Assembly: GCF_009914755.1 (NCBI RefSeq)
Contig: NC_060932.1
DNA length: 64,000 nucleotides
Strand: one strand, 5' to 3'
Source of the DNA: the human T2T-CHM13v2.0 reference genome, Homo sapiens
Below the pieces are notes generated by a model that made no database searches, had not been told where the DNA came from, and saw nothing but the letters and a program-made list of their open reading frames with translations. Below, piece by piece: positions 45,031 to 59,551 of the stretch; the first letter of the stretch is position 1, and the number at the start of each line of letters is the position of its first letter. The position numbers and the translations under genes are program-made.

Positions 45031-46579
45031 AGGAGAAAGAAACACATTTATCAGAAGAAACTTAGTTTTGTTCCATTATTGGCTTATAATATTTTAAAGT
45101 TTGAGCATTTACCAAAAATGATCCAGCCCAAATCTTTTATTTTAAATATGGGTAAACTGAGGCATGGAGCATGAGTTGCCACCAGTCATATAGTTAGTTA
45201 ATGAAAGAGCAGGCCTTAGAACTCTAGGGTTTTGGACTTCTGATTTATCTTCCTATCTCTTATTTCTTCTTAAATATATCAGAACATCCAGGGGTTTTTC
45301 TTTAAGGATGTTAGAAAGTAGTATCAAGGTGCCTTCCTCCCATCACTAATAATGGTCCTTTCTTGAAATTTCTGGGGGGAAAAAGCCATAGGGTAAAGAT
45401 CCTATGAGAATCCTGCAAATGTTAAGCTATTTGAACTTGGGTAAGCTCCACCTTCATTCATCAGTGCTTTCCCATTTGAGTATTTGCTCTCTTTCGGCAC
45501 TTGGGTTATGTTAGAATCATGTTCCCATCCAATTCCATAATAATCAGAGATCCAGAGCTTGGGGCTGGCTGTGCAGGCTTGAAGACCTTGCCTGCTGAGC
45601 CCTACCCTACACTGCACCCCACACAGGACCACTGCACTGACCTTTGGGGACAGGTCACCAACCCCGTGTCTGAAAAGGTTCTCACCATGAGGATGGGCAT
45701 CTGCTACTTCCGTCGACACTCAGATATGACACAGAAGGACTTAGGATTCCAGCCATCCCTAAGTGGGCTGGGTGTCCCAGCTGGAAGCAACATGCACTTC
45801 GATGGGTTTAGGTTTAAACTGCAGCTTGACCACTTATTAGTAACTTCAGGCAAGTTACTGAATCTCTGAGAACTTCAGTTTCTGTAAATATAAAATAAGA
45901 ATTTGGATCTAACTTTCAGGGTTGTTGGAAATGAAATAAATACCTAAGATCATACATGGCACATGGTATTCAACAAATTTCATTCTTATTTACTTAATAG
46001 ACACATCCATGACACTCTGTAATAGGCTCTGTTCTAAAAGCTTAACAACCATTAACTTAAACCCCTTCTATTTTCCCCGTGAAGATGACTGCACTGACAG
46101 TGAGAGGGGTTTCATGGAGCAATGGGCTATATCAGAAGGTCTTTGGAAATAGAAACACCTTGTCTTCAATGAAAACCATTCACCCTGCCTCTCAAGCATG
46201 AAACTAGAAGTTTTTCTAGACTCCCAGTTAGTGGTTTACTTAGTTAGTTCAGATTATTACCCACATGGGTCATAAGTACCGAATATTGTGATGATTAATA
46301 ATATGGATAATTTCAATGTCTAGCATCAACTCTTGATGTGTTTTCTTGACACCTCCCCCCACCTTTTTTTTAATAGCAGACATACACTGGGCCCATGCCT
46401 GTCACCCTAAGTTACTTATGCTTCCCAAAGGCTATGCTTCTCCTCTTTGCCCAAGCTGCCCTTAGTCATGAGTTTGCCTGGCAAAGTCTTCTAAGCCTCA
46501 TCTCAATTGTCACTTTATCTTGGCCTGTGAGATCTTTCCTGACCTTCTGGCTTGCATAGATGACTCCCTCCTGGGGGGA

Positions 46580-46646
46580 CCTCTATACCCTGCCGTGGTC
46601 CAGAGATACAATCCTCTATACCCTGCCCGTGGCCCAGAGATACAAT
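46580..46646. repeat. 33/34-bp tandem duplication
   Basis: cctctataccctgcc(c)gtgg(t/c)ccagagatacaat x2. Confidence 0.9.
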
Positions 46647-46709
46647 CTCTTACAGAGGTTGTATCTTACTCTATGGTATCTCTAGCACCTGGTCCAGTGG
46701 CCCATAGTT

Positions 46710-46820
46710 AGGAAGAAAGAGTGAGAGGAAAGGAAGGAAGAAATGGAGGAAAGAAACGAAAAAAGGAAAAGAAAGAGGGAGGAAGAGAAGAAAGAGGAAG
46801 GAAGGAGGAAAGGAGGAAGA
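46710..46820. repeat. GA-rich low-complexity tract
   Basis: Directly visible. Confidence 0.85.
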
Positions 46821-46934
46821 CTTCATTGGTTAATCAGCCAATGATCACATCAAAGCAGCTTGTCACTGCTGGTCACTGTTACCCACCCTCACCGCTCTGC
46901 AAGGTAGAAAGTGGAGATATGGAGGTCCAAATGC

Positions 46935-47211
46935 CAGATGCAAAATGTTTGTCTAACTCGGCAATCAAACAGCCATGTTTCAGGTGTTCTAGAAGATAAA
47001 TGCTCACCTCGAACATGAAACTGTGTCTTCTTTCACTGTCTTGAAAAATACACAAGACAAAACATTTCCAGAGCCGGAGGCAGGACAGGTGAGCTTTGGA
47101 TATCAGGACCAAGGGCCGGTTTCACTAGCGCAGGTCACCCCAGCTCACTCTTTTCCTGAGAAGAGGTGGTGGAACAGTGGGGACAGGGTGATGGTCCCCA
47201 AGGGAAGAATG
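46935..47211 (+). repeat. Copy A of a 277-bp local direct duplication
   Basis: Colinear with 49347-49623. Confidence 0.9.
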
Positions 47212-49346
47212 TACCAGGTGGGGCTTTCGTGCAGTGGAGGCCTCTGTACCCTGAGGCCCCAGCTCTTCTGCACCACTGCATCTACCCCGGATCCCGAAGT
47301 TGCCCTGCTTGGCATTCACCATCCCAACATGAAGCTGGAGTTGGAGCAGTCAATGGGGCATGGTGGGGATGCAGTGAGAGTATGAGTGGACTGACAGCAG
47401 GAAGCCTTCATTCATTCATTCATCCATCATCCATCCATTTACTCATCATCCATTCACTCTACATATGTTCCTTGATTGACTAATATATGTTGGAGATACA
47501 TTGATGTAAAACAAAAGCCTTACTGATGAGGAGCTCCAAGTCCTGCCATCTCTGTGTGCCAAGTTCTCATCTATAAATGAGAAGCATGAATACTTTCGAG
47601 GGCATAGTTCTGCATGACGGCAATTCATAGTTAAATGAATTCTTCTCTCCATGAATTTAAAGCAAACCCACACAATTTTGCAGATTTGTTTGGGAGACTT
47701 GTAAACACACTGAAGGTCATTTCACGAATACCAGGTCAAAAATTCTTGGGCAAGAATGTGGTTCTCTGTCTTCCTACCCAAAATTCATTCCTTGATTCTA
47801 TAGTACAGCTGCTCTAACAGAGACTCCTTTAAACATGGTATTTTCTAACATTAAACAAAGGTTTCAGTCTTTGACGGAGGCAGGCACAAGACAGCATCTT
47901 GTTTCAAAGCAACGCAAGGAAACCAACTGGTGGGGAAGAAAGTGGGTAGGAGGAATACGGAGTGCCCTGATCTGCCAGCTCACCACCTTCCACATCCACT
48001 CCCACACTCAGCCCTGCCTTGCTAAGGGGGATTCAAGAAGCCCTATGTCTGTAGCTTACCTGGCTTAACAGGGAGTTAGTCTGGCTGACCAGCCTTCTCT
48101 GACTTGCACAGCTCAGTTCCTAGTGCCTGGAGTCCTGCCTTGGGGATTCAGGTTTTGCTTCTCACTCTGGACTAACCTTCAGAGCACTGGGTGTTTTCCC
48201 ACCCAGCCCTGTTTTGCCCCTCGTTTTGTCAGAGCTTCCATCAAGATCTCACACTTCAGAATTCTGCTAAAGGCACATACAGCCTGGCCTGAGCATTTCC
48301 TTAGGGTTTGGCTTCTCTGTTTCAGACCAACAGAAATTCCTACACCCCTAACAGCCAATAGCCAAGGCAGCAGGGCCCTAGCTATTTGAGAGTTTGGTCC
48401 CCACTATGCCCCCTGTCGGGAATGTCCCCTTCTGTCATGCCATCTCTAATCCATCCTGCATCGCCCCCCAGCCAGGATACTTGGGAGTCAAACAGGAGCT
48501 GAAGAGCTAGAACAGGGCTAGAGTGAGACACGTGAGGCATTTGGAGCCTGAAACTTAGAGACACTCATGCTTAGTGTTCATCCCCCTCTCTCACCTCCAT
48601 TGATCCTCTCCTGGTGAGGAGACCTCCTCAACCTGGAATAGACTTATGCACTCTCTAGAGAAAAATATTTTTAATTTCTGTTTTTAATTACTGGAAGGGA
48701 CCACATGGTTATATATAAGAAATCCTACTGCTTCGGGAGGAAAATTCATGGGGAAGAGGAAAGTATTTTGTATCAGGCACAGCAAGTGTTGTGGCTGCTG
48801 ATTAACGTGATTAATCCCTTCATGAAAAACAGCATTTTTAACGTTGACATGAGTAATCACACCTTTTCTTTCCGTAGTAGTTTAGCATTTCCTGTTATAA
48901 TAATTCAAGCCTAATGCCTCACTGAAGGAAGCAGAAGTGTCAGCGTGTTATTCATTTTCTCCACGTTGTCCCATTTGTTTCTTCATAAACTCTGGCGGAA
49001 TCTGCCACCAGGCTGTCGGACCTTGGTGATTCAGGGTGGACGTCAACTGAAATTCTAAAAGGGCATTGCCTGGAATGACCGACGCACAAAGGATATTTCT
49101 CAAGTTGGTGACAACTCAATGACCCAGTGACTCGGTCATAAGTCTCTTGAGCTGTGGGGTCCTCTGCTCTTATATTTTCAAGGCTATTGTCTAGGGAAAG
49201 GCAGGGTGGAATAGAGGAAAAATCCTAAGACCAGGGCTCAGGTCTCTTGGGTCCTCATCCCAGCTCTGTGGTCTAATTTTGCCAAACTTCTTGACTTCCC
49301 TGGGCTTTAATTTCCTCATCTGTACAAAGAGAAGACTGGCTGAGAA

Positions 49347-49623
49347 CAGAGGCAAAATGGTTGTCACGCTTTGGCAATCAAACAGCCGTACATGTTTCAG
49401 GTGTTAAGGAAGATAGATGCTCTAACACAAAATTCTGTCTTCTCTTACTCTCTTGAAAAACAAACAAGACAAAACATTCGCAGAGCTGGAGACAGGAAGA
49501 ATGAGCTTGGAAGATCAGGACCACGTGCTGGTTTCACTACCTCTGGTCACCCCAGCTCATTCTTCTGCTGAAAAGAGGCAGGAGAACAGTGAGAACAGGG
49601 TGGTGGTCCCCAAGGGAAGAATG
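49347..49623 (+). repeat. Copy B of a 277-bp local direct duplication
   Basis: Colinear with 46935-47211, offset 2412 bp. Confidence 0.9.
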
Positions 49624-50863
49624 ATCAATGGAGACAGTTTCATGATGCCATTCATGAAATTCATCAGAATTTCATGATGCCCCTTGGGGTGACTATCAGG
49701 GTTTTAAGTTATTCTTGAGAGTTTCTCGAACGCTTTTCTGTCTTTGTTTTCTAAAAGACTTTGATGATGGCAGTGGGAGCTCAGATTCATGTTGGAGTTA
49801 CCATTCTGGTTTGCCAAGGTAGTGGAGGAATGTGGAAAGACGTCGCTGCACTTTAGTCCTGTACTTCTGACCTGTACTCAAAGGCCTTTCCCTTCCTACC
49901 CTGGGGCATCTCCCCACACAGGAGCTTCATGCCAGCTTCCCCTCTGCTGGGGTTGCCAACTCATGACTCCCTGGGGGAGGCCTCCGCACTAGCCTGCCAG
50001 CACCTTCTTCTTTCCTTGAAGGCTTGTGACTCATAGCTGCTGTGTAACGTGTGGCACCCCCAGACAGGAACACATCTTGCAAATTGCATCGGGGGCTGCT
50101 TCTCTGGTCTTCCTTCTGGATACCAGATTTGGAGGTGCCAAATGGAATTGAATTCTTTATAGGTTAGAGAGCATTTAACTATACCTGGCAGGGCTCTTTA
50201 ACTCAGACTTTAGAGTTTTTTTTTCATATCTATACACACACACAGATATATTTCATAATAGGCAACATGACTAATATTTGCAGTATTGTTTTGATTCTAT
50301 CAGTGCAACTGGTTCACTCATTCCTGAGTGTCTAAACATCATTAAGATTCTAAAGGTTTGCTCTGAAGAACATACTCAGAATAAGTTCTGGTATTTTTCT
50401 CTGGACATGTTGTTTTCCAACTACTTAGAGAAAACAACAAAGTGGGATAAGACTGGATAGGCAAATAGGTTTGATTTTATTTGCCAGTGCCAGTTGATGT
50501 ATCATGGCTTCCTCGTGGCTGTGTTGAAAGGGATCGTGAGACACTGACTTGGCAGGAAGAGGTGCCTTGGCAGGAAGAAGTGCCTAGTGGATGAGCAATG
50601 CCTGCTCTGGGCAAGGAGGGGACCAAATAGCATGTGTGCCACTTTTAGACCCTCCCTGGACAATATCTTTCCAGCCACTGCCTGCCTCATCCTCCTCCTT
50701 GAAACCAGAGGGCAAGGCATGATGTTCCACCGATAGGATTATTGTCTATGATGGAGGAAAATCCTATGAAACTATGATTATTTCAGTGATAAACCAAACT
50801 AGAGAGTAAGTTATTACATAATTCTGGGGACTTGCTGCCACATCAACATATCGGTGGATTCTG

Positions 50864-50906
50864 TTGAAAATGAAGTCATTGTAGCTTGAAAATGAAGTCA
50901 TTGTAG
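50864..50906. repeat. 22-bp-period tandem duplication
   Basis: ttgaaaatgaagtcattgtag x2, perfect. Confidence 0.9.
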
Positions 50907-51144
50907 TGGAGACTAAAATGATTTAGTTGGGACTTCCTGACAATGACAAGAAGGGGAGTAGAGAAGGAAGTGGAGATGCCATACAATTTGCTACACGGTT
51001 ATAACTGCACACGCAGCAAGTTACAGATGACTCTTACAGGATCCTAACACTAACCTCCATTTCCTCCTTACTAAGAATGTGGCAAATTCTTAGCTCTTCA
51101 GGACTACAGTAAATCTGGCCAATTTTGTGTGTGTCCTATTTAGA

Positions 51145-51451
51145 TTTATTATTTTTTTCTTTTTAAGAGACAGGGTCTCACTCTGTCACCCAGGCTGGAG
51201 TGCAGTGATGTAATCATAGCTCCCTGCAGCCTTGGACTCTTCTGGGCTTAAGTGATCCTCCCACCTTGGCCTCCCAAGTAGCTGGGACTGTAGACACATA
51301 CCATCATCCCTGGCTAATTATATTTATTTTTTGTAGAGACAGCGTCTCACTATGTTGCCCAGGTCAGTCTCAAACTCCCAGCCTCAAGTGATTCTCCTGC
51401 CTTGGCATCCCAAAGCACTAGCATTACGAGCATGAGTCTCCATGCTCAGCC
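51145..51451 (-). mobile_element. AluJ
   Basis: atcatagctccctgcagccttggactc; TSD cctatttagat. Confidence 0.92.
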
Positions 51452-54171
51452 CTATTTAGATGTCTTTATCTTGGTTTATCAATGCTGTCTCCTTTGCCTC
51501 CTAGTACTCGTTCTTACGTCTCTTTATGCTGGAACAAATTCTTCCTCCCATGAGGGCTCGCAGAACACCAAATGCTGAGAACTGTTTCTCCATCTGCTCT
51601 CGCTTTGGACTTTGAAGACTGAGTCCTCATTAATTGTACTCCTATAGCTCTAGATATCTGCCTTTTAAATTGTTAATTACTTGAAATTTAAAGAGGTTTC
51701 TGCTGCCTGCGAAACTCAAAAAACAAAAACAAAAACAAAACAAAACTCTCCCATCCTCCTATACCCCCCCGCAAATCTTGGGAATCCATCTGTCTTGTAC
51801 ATCGTGACCTTTCTGTTCCTCTGTTTTGGTCACTGTGCTACCTGGCTTGTGCTGTGGCTAGAGAGAGGGTTTCACTGGTTGAGAGAGAACATATTTTAAG
51901 TGGAATAGGAACCAGGAAAGGCTCTAAAACTGATAGATTCAATGATATTTTCAGGGGTCAACCTCAAATGCTCTGTCCTCTCTGCACAACAATGATAAAT
52001 TCAACTGCCTAACAGTAGGAAGAACTAAAATTCTCGCTGTTATCATGGTGTCATCTTTGTGGGGTAAGCTGGTTGCCCTCTGAGGACTCTTGGGCTGGAA
52101 GCCTGAGCGGAGGTGATAGGTTGCTCTGTCTGGGAGATCAGTCCCAGTTTGGACCTGTCTGTGTTCACTGGGATTGTTTCTGGGATGCAGGAAATGGATA
52201 CATTCTCACATGGAGAAGTGAGAGAGAACAGGATCAATTTCAGCAGGCCTTATGGAAAACTGAACATTCGTTGAAAATACAATGCATTTCTAGCAACTTT
52301 GAGTTCCTCTATCCACCCAGGAGCTGCTGCTGATTGCTGCTAGAAAGTCGCAATGGCGTTAAGTACTACTGCACATCTCTGCTTTTGCAGGTGGTGAAGG
52401 TGTCATCTGTTAATTGTTCCTCAGCATGACTGGAGTATAGGTCAGCCCACAGAGACTGTCTGATTAGTTTGGCCTATCAGCATCTGGGATGAGTGTCCCT
52501 TTTGGGCAGAGGTCACTTAGGCCAATTAGGCCACTCAGCAGCCTTCCAGCCTTGCCCTTCCCAGTGCAAACAGCTGGGAATTGGTTAAGTGGCACACAGC
52601 AAGGTGACCCATGTGAAACAACCCCTTAGAAGGGGCAGTGTTGTGACAGGCGCTCCTGGTGCCTTAGTTCCATCTGCGTTCTATAGTCTTGCTCTGGATG
52701 TGTGGCACCTTCCTTCTTTATTCCCTCACAGTTACCCTTTTTCCTTTGTCTTCCTATCCATGGTGCTTTCTCTGGAATGCATCCTCCTTTGCACGTCACC
52801 ACATCACAGAGTGTTGTCACACAAAAGCCACAGCCAAAACTTCCCCTTTGAGGTGTTTTTGGGAAAAGTGCTGTGTGGACCCCAAAGAGTATTTTCTAGT
52901 CTTAGCCCTGCCTATTTCTGTTTATTATTTCCTGCCTAGTCTCTCATCCTTGTCATTGCTCCCTGCCTTGGTTTATTTCATACCAGTTCCCTTTAAATTT
53001 GGTTTAATCAGTCCCACTTTCTATGTGCTGAATTGAGGGGTCATGGAATGGAGGTAGCATCATCTGATAACTCTGTTATTGAACATTCTTCTGAGTGCAT
53101 TGGAGGTTAAAGTGCATAAGATTCAGCCCTCCCTTCCATCCTCACCCCCTCCATGAACCTGAAGGGCAAAATGACTTGCTTCCATGAAATCATAGGGAAA
53201 GACAGATTCTGGAATATTTGCAAGTACTCATCCCAGTGGCTGTCACCTTTCACGTGCTGAACAATGCATATCTGTTGGATACATGGATGAATGCTTGATC
53301 GTGTTGTTAAGCATGTAGAGGCTATGGCAGTTCAAGTAAGGTATGACAGTGTCTGCTGGAGAAATAAGGGAGAGTTCCAATAGAAGGCAGGACAGGAATG
53401 TGCTGGAAGGTGTGTTAGGATCTCCCTGGGCAGTCTGAGGGCAGCAGGAATAGCAGGCTAAATGGGAACCACTCAGTCCTCTGATGAAAGCTGCTGCCTC
53501 TTGGAGTTAGCTATTACGATGATGACTGCTGCTGTCATTATGGCGAAATTTACTCTAAATAGAAATCTATAACTATCTCAATGAGCCCTAAAGACAGGCT
53601 TAGTCATCATGGCCACCAAATGTCGTCACATACATTAAGTGCCCCTATGTGTCCAGAAACCTCTCAGCTGCCCTGTCAAGTGTATAGCCTCTCACTTGCT
53701 CTCATCATCTGGGCTTTCGGATGTAGAAACAGAGATACAAAGGAAGAAATCTGGCCTAAGAATAAAAGGAAATTTTACTCTCTGCATTGGATTTTTGCTA
53801 TTGTGCATTATAGAGATGTTTAGATGTGAAGTGACCACTCATTCATTTGACAAATAAATATAATATTAATGCAAGAGTCACAAAGGGGTGAGAGGAGGGA
53901 GGCAGCATTCAATAACTAATTATACTTACTTCTCTAATTACAATGGGGGATCTGACCTTGTCCAGGGCAGGGAAGAATATTTCCTTAAGAACTTGATGTT
54001 TAGAAGGACAAGAAAGTCAGGCAAAGCATTAAGTGATGATGATCCATCTTTTCTAAGATACCCAGTTTCCCCATGCTTGGAAGTGCATCCTTTAGTAAGT
54101 TACAGTTCCCTGCAGTAAACTCTTTTGGCTATTTTTGACCCTTGAGAGTTTGGTTAAGAAGATAATATGCT

Positions 54172-54528
<357 letters not shown>

Positions 54529-54583
54529 TCACATGCCCCCATCTGATGTTGTTGCTTTGTATCCTAGAGTTAGGCTGAGTAGA

Positions 54584-55003
54584 ACATGCACACGCACGTG
54601 CACGCACACACACACACACACACGAACACACACCCATACACACACGCACACACTTATACAAATACATACACATAAATACATATACACACATACATACACA
54701 TACACACACACACCCCCATACACATACACACACCCATACACACGTGTGCACACACTCACACACATACACACATGTACACACATACATACACAAACACATA
54801 CATACACACATACACACACATATACACACCTATTCACACACATACATACACATACACACATATACACACACACCCATACACACCCATACACACACATACA
54901 TACACATACACACATGCATACATACACATGCACACACATATATGCATACATACACATACACACATACATACATACACACACACACATACATGCATACATA
55001 TAC
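54584..55003. repeat. Long imperfect (CA)n/(CATA)n repeat
   Basis: About 420 bp of alternating purine-pyrimidine sequence. Confidence 0.95.
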
Positions 55004-56686
55004 AGCCCAGAGCAGTAGGTGTTCCTATCTACTTTACAGCTATTTATTGGATGTTTCCATGTTCAAAGTTCTACATATGGCTGAACGTTCCATGCAGAGA
55101 TATACCACAGCAACGTCAATTTCTTGCCTCTTTGGTATCCATTATGCCCCCAGTTACCTCTGTCTTCTCCTTCCAAGCAGTTTCATGCCAAGCTTTCTAC
55201 CTCCCTCACCCTTGGTGCTTTTACTCGTCAACACATAGGCTTTGAGGTCATCGATGCTTATGTTTTATTCTGTACCTTGTAAGGAAGCTGTGGAGCCCAC
55301 ATGGGTGGCATTTCTAGTCTGTCAAAGCTGGGGCCCAACCATGAACGGAGAAGCTTTTATTGTTGTCAAAAGAAATAGCATCTCGCAATCTCAAACGTGA
55401 ACTGCAGAAGAATTGAGAGAAAGCAAGAGGTCTGAAATGTGTTTACAACTAGCTCGCTGAAAACAAAGGGAAGAGCATTGTTCCATAAATGGCTCTGACC
55501 CAGCCCCTACAGGCTCCATTCTGAGATGTCATGGCTGTCACCGACACAGCCTAAAGCTAGGCAGGGAGGCGGTGGGTGGAAGACATGGAAATTTTGTTTC
55601 AGGCTTCCAATATTTATGGCTATAAAAGTAATAGGACCACATGATTCTCTCTTATTTAGGAGTAAAATGCCCATTTTACAAAGTAAATTGTGAAAGTAAA
55701 AGTGGTAAATGAAGAATAACCATCTGCACTGGAAACATGCTTTGGTGGCACTTCTACAAGGAATCATGTGGAAATGCTTTATGCTGATGTAGTAACTCGC
55801 CTATCACATTATCCAGGAACAACTGGAAAACAATGTCATGGATGCCACATGTGGAAGACAAAGATCAGTCTTGGAAATGAGACTGAACTTTGCTCTCTAG
55901 GATTTTCAGCAAAATATTCATATTCTCTGGGCCTCTATTTTTCTGTCTGTAAAATGAGAACATGAATTTCTGACTCCTAAAAAGAGAGAGGAAGTGCTTT
56001 CTGACCCAGAAAACAAGGCTGCATTCTTGTAGCTACATATCCAAAGAGTTACTGGTTGGCAAAGAGAGGGGGAACTGGGAGAAAAATGTCGTTGGTTGAT
56101 TTGAACATTTCAGTCTAGCTAAAAGCAGAATAAATTTCATCATGGTAGGCAGAATAATGGCCCCCAAACATGTTCTCATCCTGAGATTGACAAAAAGGAA
56201 GCAGCGACTCTAGAAGGCAACAAGGCCAGCAGCGAGGCTAGGGTTCTAGAACGATGTCTCCAAGATAAAAATAAAACTGATAGTAGATACGTTTGAATGC
56301 CTCGAAAGGAGATTTCTACTTCTGGCAGAGTTTTAGGATACAATTGTGATAAGTACATAGGAAAGTGAACAAGAAAAAGATATAGATAATTATTAACTCT
56401 AGGACAAATAAAAACAGTTGAGTAAGAAAACAAATGTTATATAAATCAGCTGAGAATGTTAATATGGTCACACAGGCATAGTAAGGCAACCTCTAGATGC
56501 TGATACAGCCCTAGTTTATCACATCATTAGAGAAAATGAGAGCGCGTGAATGTGTGTGTCCACATATGTGTGCACACGTGTGTGTGCATGTGTGTGTCCA
56601 TGTGTATGTCTGTGCCAGGGCAGTATGGAGGTATATGAGGAAGTGAAATCCTCAATTTCTATAGGATAGAGTTAATAGATACTATC

Positions 56687-57325
<639 letters not shown>

Positions 57326-57408
57326 CTATCTAAAAGTGAAAAGTCAAGAACAGCAATGTGAGAATGCCATGGGGAGGCAGGGAAGAGTTGAAGTGGCTGC
57401 CTTTCATC

Positions 57409-57464
57409 CAGGTGGGTGCCCTGGTTGCTAGTCAGGTGGGAGCCCTGGTTGCTAGTCAGGTGGG
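57409..57464. repeat. 24-bp tandem repeat, about 2.3 copies
   Basis: caggtggg(t/a)gccctggttgctagt x2 plus caggtggg. Confidence 0.9.
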
Positions 57465-57634
57465 AAGGGCAGGGAAAGTACCTTTTTAAACTTTTTAAAC
57501 TATGGGCATGAACTGCTTGGATGTAAAATAGAAATATTCTAAAATAGAATGAAATAAAACTCAATGACATCTCCTCAAGGCCCTATACAATACGCCCAAA
57601 TGCTAACTCACTTCCTTTCAGAGTATATCAAAAT

Positions 57635-58010
57635 TCTTGCTATTTCACATGCTGTACGCACTTTCTGCAAACAAGATGTTCTTCAAACATGCATGCAATG
57701 TCTTCTGCACACACTATTCCCTCCGCCCAGTGTTGCCCCTTCTCCCCTTTCTACTTGGCTAGCTTCTATTGTTCTCTCAACCCAGGGGTGTAAATCACTT
57801 CCTCCAGGAAGTCTTCCTTGGTTCTCTCAGGACTGAGTCAGTTGCTCCCCACTCTGTGTCCTCACAGCATTTCTGTCATTGTGCTGCAGTCTGTAGTAGG
57901 TGTGCCTGCCTTTAAGCTCAAGAGGGGCCATGGCTAATTCACCCTTGTATCTCCAACAGCACGACACGGTGCCTGGTACATAGTATCTTCTTACTACGCA
58001 TTTACTGGAT
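57635..58010 (+). mobile_element. L2 3' region
   Basis: atcacttcctccaggaagtcttcc...taagctcaagaggggcc...ttcacccttgtatctcca...cacggtgcctggtacatagta. Confidence 0.65.
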
Positions 58011-59185
58011 GCACAAAGAGCTCCTCATTCAATGCTAAGCAAAAAGTGAAAAAAGATGTAGTCTTGTTTCTTAGTGATTGTCAGAGAGCTAAGTGGCCTC
58101 GGAGCCAATGGATAGAGCTGGCCGGGATGGGCGATCCTGATTGGACTGAGGAGACAGAACAGCCCCAGGAAAGAAGCAGCTGCAGCCAGTCCCAGAGAGG
58201 AGGAGTCCAGCCTTCCCATGGTGGGCACCCTGGTGCCAGGAGGGGCGGGCATGAGAAAAGGCACTAGAATTGTCTCAGCCCCTTGGGAACAACCAATTTT
58301 AGCTTTAATGTTAAACGGTGACAGGACCACTCATTTAGATTTTTGCCCTGCTTTTCCTCTTCTTGGGTTGAGAGGGTCAACATCATTGACATTTTTAACT
58401 ATTTGACCTTCCCTGAAGCTATTTTATTTGACTCACAGTCTATGAGCTCAGTCTTCCCCAGCATCACGTTAACTCCCTCCTTTTTGTGCCCACAGCACCT
58501 GGGGGCATCCCTAGCTTTGCCCTCTCTGCCCTGCACCGTGAAGGTTTTGCTCCTCCATAGGCTCCGAGCTCCTTGGAACAAAAGCACATCCCATCCTGAG
58601 TCTTCGTATCCAGTATATGGTTACGGAAAAAATGAGTGGATGGTTTGTGAATTCCTCCTTCCCTTTGTCAGGTCTGGGCATATGGCAAGGGGTGCTGGAG
58701 ACCTTGACTTTGTCACCTGGCCCCTCTGGACTCCATTCTACACTTGTCCCTGGAGGACGTCATTAGGACGTAAGCAACCTCTGATAGCTGCGCCAAGAGA
58801 GGCAAGCAGAAATTTCACATTCTCTCCTTTAAATGCAGGGGGCAGAAATAAATATAACTGCCAGATGTTGCACTGTTGCTCTGCCTAGGGAAACAGCCTA
58901 GAGGATGCATTTCTCTGTAAGACTTCAAGATGCATCCCTGCTCCAGAATTATGTGTTGCTAAGACCCTTAGCTCATTGGATCATACTGGTCCAGCGGGCA
59001 TGATCCTTCAGCCAAAAGCTTGCTGGAGCCTAAGAGTTTTGAGTGTTCTCAGATCCCTTGGGAGACAGAGATGCCAGAGAGAAATCAGTGGATACCCCCG
59101 GCCACAGATCCCTGGTGTCTTGTGTCCACAGATCCACGGCCATCATTTCCGCCAGAGAGTGGGGCAGAAGTTTAAGGATAAGTTA

Positions 59186-59551
<366 letters not shown>

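Noticed and set aside
47023-49677. Two paralogous small proteins (120 aa and 74 aa)
   Set aside because: Non-ATG starts, and similarity is confined to the duplicated DNA; no evidence of coding constraint.
58343-58888. 181-aa ORF, also 10793-11218 (141 aa), 18532-18969 (145 aa) and 12646-13086 (146 aa)
   Set aside because: Non-ATG starts, no recognisable domain, partly within decayed repeats; lengths are compatible with chance.
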